From: an uncultured Acidimicrobiia bacterium
GTDB lineage: Bacteria > Acidobacteriota > Terriglobia > Versatilivoradales > Versatilivoraceae
Length of the DNA stretch: 64,000 bases
Assembly: GCA_963786955.1 (NCBI GenBank)
Contig: CAWBAT010000007.1
Span: 32,001-96,000 of the forward strand
Direction of reading: 5' to 3'
In this document: one piece after another, positions 60,326 through 64,000 of the stretch
Numbering within the stretch: the stretch's first letter is position 1
Layout of the letters: each line of letters begins with the position of its first letter
The notes under the pieces: generated by a model
Seen by the model: only the letters and a program-made list of their open reading frames with translations
What the model was told of the DNA's origin: nothing
Database searches by the model: none
Translations under genes and position numbers: made by a program

Positions 60326-62920
60326 ATGGCAACGCCGATATCGAGAAGGGAATTTCTAGCCGCATCCGCCTCAAGTGTCATCGCGTCTGCTTCGGCTGTC
60401 CATGCGAATAGCTGGGCGGCGACTCCGGGAGAGCCTTCACAGGAAAAAGTAGTGGACCCGGGCGGGATATTTTGGATCTTAACGGTTCCCAATCCTAGTT
60501 TCCATGAGCAGTTAGCCGCGAAAGAACTTGAGCGCGGAATCCGGAAGCTCCGCTTTTCTCAACAACAACGAAGAGGATTTGTGTCAGGACCCGTTACGGA
60601 TAAGAAAGATTTCCTTTTCGAGATCCGCACTGAACCGGGAAGATTCAAGCATCCGGAGGCCTTTGAGGTGGCTTTGCACAACGCTGGCCAGAATCAACCC
60701 AGTACACTGGTGAAATTGACAGGTGCTACACCGCTGGCGGCGCTCTATGCAGTCTTTGATTTCCTCGAACGGCAGGGAGCTTTCTTTGGCCTTGATGGAG
60801 AAGTCTACCCTTTGGAACCCAGGCTCAGTTTGAACCTTCCGCCTAGCGGTCAACCTTGGCTAGGAATGCCTCGCTTTAGCTCTCGAGGTCTCGTTCCTTG
60901 GCCGGACTTTTTGAACTGTATTTCGGTGTTCAATGCAGAAGATCATCGCGCTTATCTCGAGGCGATGCTCCGAATGCGCTTCAACACCTTGGGCATCCAC
61001 GTCTATGGTCAATCAAATTACTGGGTGGAATCATTCTTGTCATTTGAGTATGGTCCCACCGGCCATATCGCCTTCACCGATACCACGGCGACGAATCGAT
61101 GGGGATACGTGCCCCAGAGGACGTCGCGTTTTGGGATGGGTGCCAGTCAATTTTATGACGGTGAAGTATTTGGCTCAGATGCCACTCGGCTCGCACGCGA
61201 TACTTGGGAGGCAGAAGAATTGGCCCAACAATTGTGGAGAGATGCCTTCCAATATGCGGGGAAGCTCGGTATCCGCACTGGGGTGGGATTTGAGCCTTAT
61301 CAGATCCCTGGCGAAATACTGCAATCCGCACCTCCGGAGGCTCGCCTCGATCCAGAATCCGAGACTCATGCCCGTCCGCGACTGGATCCGGAATCGGTTG
61401 CAGCGCGCGATATCCTGGAAATTCGGCTTGGTCGTTTGCTGGAGACCTATCCCTCCGTCGATTACGTTTGGCTGTTTGAAGATGAAGGGATGAGCTGGCG
61501 GAGCCACAAGAACAAGACTCCCCTTTCCGTGACTCCTTTTAAAACGGCGCACGATTTCTTGCGGCGGCATGCACCCAAGAAACGGATGGTTATTTCTGGC
61601 TGGGGAGGAGTCGCTCGTCATTTCGAAGACTTTAATCGAAGACTTCCAGAAGACATCATTTTCACAGGTCTCAGCGATATGCTTGGTTGGGATCCGGTGA
61701 ATGAAGCTTATGGAAAATTGGGAGGGCGGGAGCGATGGCCCATTCTTTGGGTTGAGGATGACCCCTCGATGTGGTTCCCACAATTTCATGTCAACCGGTT
61801 TCAAAGGGATATGAAACTAGCCGAGGAGTATGGATGCCAGGGAGTGCTTGGAATTCATTGGAGGCATAAGATTACCGACCCGACGGCAGGCTATCAATCA
61901 GAGGCTTCGTGGGATAAGTCCCTTTCACCCGCCACTTTTTATGCGCGGTATGGAAAGGCACTAGCCAGAAGTCCGCGCGGGGAAAAGCTCGGCCAGATTC
62001 TTGAGTCGACCGACCGGGAGCGAAAGATCCTCTCTACATTTTCCGGGGAGTACCAGAATGGCCACGCTGTCACGAATGAATTTGCCGGCGATTACGAAGA
62101 AGGGTTTGTATTCTGGAAAGGATCTGAAATCCCTCCTTCTCTCATGCAGACACAGAAAGAGGTCGCCAATGCCTTACTTGAATTGACTCTTCAATCGTCC
62201 AGCCCCGAAGAGCGAGAACGAATGGAATATATTTCGAAACACGTTGAGATGCTGGTCCCTTATGCGACAGCTTGGGTTGCCTCCGCCCAGCTCAACAAGC
62301 TCTTGATGAAGGCAGTAGAACTAAAAAAAGCCGACAAAGCGGATGAAGCCCGAAACTTGATCAAGACCGAAGGTGTGGAACTCTGGTATCCGTTGGGGAG
62401 TGCTGCGCGTGAGGTGCTCTTGAATTTTCAACATATCGTCAGTACACGCAATGATCTGGGAAGCCTGGCCTCAATGCATAATAAATTGGAACGACTGACA
62501 CTGTTTCGTCTTCCCGCATCGATGAAAGAGTTCCTGGGTGAATTGCCGGAGCAGCTCCGGAAGGCGCAAACCGACCTTGCCAAACCCGATCCAAATGCGT
62601 CCACACGTATTTTTCTTCCTACCCGACCCACCATTCTACTGAAAGGCGAGACAGTTCGACTATCTGCGGTAGCCCCAGGCGCTGATGCGGTTACGGGCAT
62701 CGTGTTGTTTACAAGAGCCTGGGGAGAGACAAGGTGGTTTCAGAAGAAAATGCAGCTTGCCGGTCGAAGAACTTATACAGCCCAGCTCGGACCCTTTGAT
62801 CCGAAAGCAGGATTGGTGGATTATTACGTTGAGGCGGAGATATCCAGAGAATCCAAGGCGGCATCTCTGACGGCTCCATCTGAGGCTCCGAAAGATACGT
62901 ACACGCTGACGCTTGTGTAG
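60326..62920 (+). CDS. Large Tat-exported hypothetical protein, possibly glycoside hydrolase-like
   Basis: MATPISRREFL twin-arginine signal; GH20/GH67-like N-terminal HPEAFEV..LYAVFDFLE..PRF..RG. Confidence 0.65.
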   Translation: MATPISRREFLAASASSVIASASAVHANSWAATPGEPSQEKVVDPGGIFWILTVPNPSFHEQLAAKELERGIRKLRFSQQQRRGFVSGPVTDKKDFLFEIRTEPGRFKHPEAFEVALHNAGQNQPSTLVKLTGATPLAALYAVFDFLERQGAFFGLDGEVYPLEPRLSLNLPPSGQPWLGMPRFSSRGLVPWPDFLNCISVFNAEDHRAYLEAMLRMRFNTLGIHVYGQSNYWVESFLSFEYGPTGHIAFTDTTATNRWGYVPQRTSRFGMGASQFYDGEVFGSDATRLARDTWEAEELAQQLWRDAFQYAGKLGIRTGVGFEPYQIPGEILQSAPPEARLDPESETHARPRLDPESVAARDILEIRLGRLLETYPSVDYVWLFEDEGMSWRSHKNKTPLSVTPFKTAHDFLRRHAPKKRMVISGWGGVARHFEDFNRRLPEDIIFTGLSDMLGWDPVNEAYGKLGGRERWPILWVEDDPSMWFPQFHVNRFQRDMKLAEEYGCQGVLGIHWRHKITDPTAGYQSEASWDKSLSPATFYARYGKALARSPRGEKLGQILESTDRERKILSTFSGEYQNGHAVTNEFAGDYEEGFVFWKGSEIPPSLMQTQKEVANALLELTLQSSSPEERERMEYISKHVEMLVPYATAWVASAQLNKLLMKAVELKKADKADEARNLIKTEGVELWYPLGSAAREVLLNFQHIVSTRNDLGSLASMHNKLERLTLFRLPASMKEFLGELPEQLRKAQTDLAKPDPNASTRIFLPTRPTILLKGETVRLSAVAPGADAVTGIVLFTRAWGETRWFQKKMQLAGRRTYTAQLGPFDPKAGLVDYYVEAEISRESKAASLTAPSEAPKDTYTLTLV

Positions 62921-62927
62921 GGACTAA

Positions 62928-62994
62928 GGGCAAAGCATTCGTCAACAGCAATGAGACTTGTCTGGATATACTGCTGCGAATGCTTTGCCCCTAC
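62928..62994. repeat. REP-like inverted pair between convergent genes
   Basis: GGGCAAAGCATTCG ... CGAATGCTTTGCCCCTAC (reverse complement GTAGGGGCAAAGCATTCG). Confidence 0.6.
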
Positions 62995-63024
62995 AATGCA
63001 TTGGCACTCGACAATCGGCAATCC

Positions 63025-64000
63025 CTACCCCCACCACTCCTCGCCCGGGAAGAGATGTTCGCGGACATAGTCCCAATTGACTTCGACGCCAATTCCCGGC
63101 TTGTCTGGAATTTGGATGTATCCATCCTTGATGATCGGGCCATCCATGATGATGTATTTCTCCCATTCGTCTGCTTTGGTTCCCACGCTATGCTCATGAG
63201 CCTTGAAATTCGGCATCGCGGCGCAACACTGAGCCGATGCCATGAAGGCAAGAGGGCCTGAAGCAATATGAGCACAAACGGGCATGTAAAAGGCATCCGC
63301 CATGGCGGCAATCTTTTTTGATTCCATCAGGCCGCCCGCCTTGGGAATGTCGATCTGAACGATATGGCATCCCTGATGTATGATGAAAGGCATGTATCCT
63401 TGCAATCGATAGAGGTTTTCTCCTGTCAGAATAGGTACGGGTGACTGCTCGGTCAGTTTTACCCAGGTTTCCGCAAACTCGGGGGGCATGGGGTCTTCGA
63501 GCCAGACAGGGCGAATGAAAGCAATCGCACGAGCGAGGCTTAATGCGGAGATCCAATCCAGTTCCCAATGGCAATGAACGGCTATGTCGATGCCGTCGCC
63601 CAACGCTTCCCGCAAATTTCCGTAGCCCTTCACATTTCGGGCAATTTCGAGATTACTCAATTGTCGATTTTGAGGTTCATGCGGGTCCCGGTCTCGCAGA
63701 ATATCCGTTTTGACAATCTTGAATCCATGACGGCCATTCTTGACCCGCTCGGCAAATTCACGGCAGGAGTCCATATCTAGGAGATTGCTCGGGGAACTGG
63801 TCGAATAGACCTTGACCTTGTTGCGGTACTGACCACCCAGTAATTTACACACGGGAACCCCTAAGATCTTTCCCGCCAAGTCCCAAAGAGCAATCTCGAT
63901 CCCGCTGATGGCCGTAATCGTGACGCCCCCGATAGCGCCGGAGCCTCCCGTGTAAACTACCATCTTGGTATACAAGCGGTCGATATCAAGCGGGTCCTCC
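63025..64000 (-). CDS. Mandelate racemase/muconate lactonizing enzyme family protein (5' end beyond window)
   Basis: AISGIEIALWDLAGK.LGVPV..LLGG, WLEDP, TGENL, PGIGVE; frame stays open to the window end. Confidence 0.92.
   Translation of the reverse strand, partial: EDPLDIDRLYTKMVVYTGGSGAIGGVTITAISGIEIALWDLAGKILGVPVCKLLGGQYRNKVKVYSTSSPSNLLDMDSCREFAERVKNGRHGFKIVKTDILRDRDPHEPQNRQLSNLEIARNVKGYGNLREALGDGIDIAVHCHWELDWISALSLARAIAFIRPVWLEDPMPPEFAETWVKLTEQSPVPILTGENLYRLQGYMPFIIHQGCHIVQIDIPKAGGLMESKKIAAMADAFYMPVCAHIASGPLAFMASAQCCAAMPNFKAHEHSVGTKADEWEKYIIMDGPIIKDGYIQIPDKPGIGVEVNWDYVREHLFPGEEWWG

Overview
Bacterial chromosomal window. The gene set (CarboxypepD_reg-type TonB-dependent receptor, ECF/zf-HC2/DUF4097 modules, DUF1501/PSD1 pair) suggests an Acidobacteria-like organism; this is inference. 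Left part (1-37 kb): a RAYT transposase with GTAG REPs, thiL-lon-hsp20, nrdR, two ECF sigma/anti-sigma/DUF4097 modules, aroK, an M28 peptidase, a CBS-OFOR-CBS-lipB-E1a-E1b-E2-folE 2-oxoacid cluster, a DUF1501/PSD1 pair, and a circularly permuted ATP-grasp/alpha-E/transglutaminase operon with an ANTAR-like attenuator. 37-51 kb is accessory DNA around tRNA-Arg(TCG): an IS256 fragment, IS200, a 4x330-bp repeat protein, an integrase remnant, and a roughly 9-kb att-bounded island carrying a decaying pentose-phosphate cluster with an in-frame zwf-tal chimera. The right part carries a Crp/Fnr-controlled NO-stress locus with two near-identical operators. The most unusual signal is a set of small nuclease genes (RAYT, DUF559, GxxExxY), each bracketed by its own short inverted repeats. 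A DUF559-type repeat is nested in the loop of a RAYT-type REP, and a 109-bp TIR+REP composite element occurs twice. All protein family calls come from motif recognition only; no searches were run.
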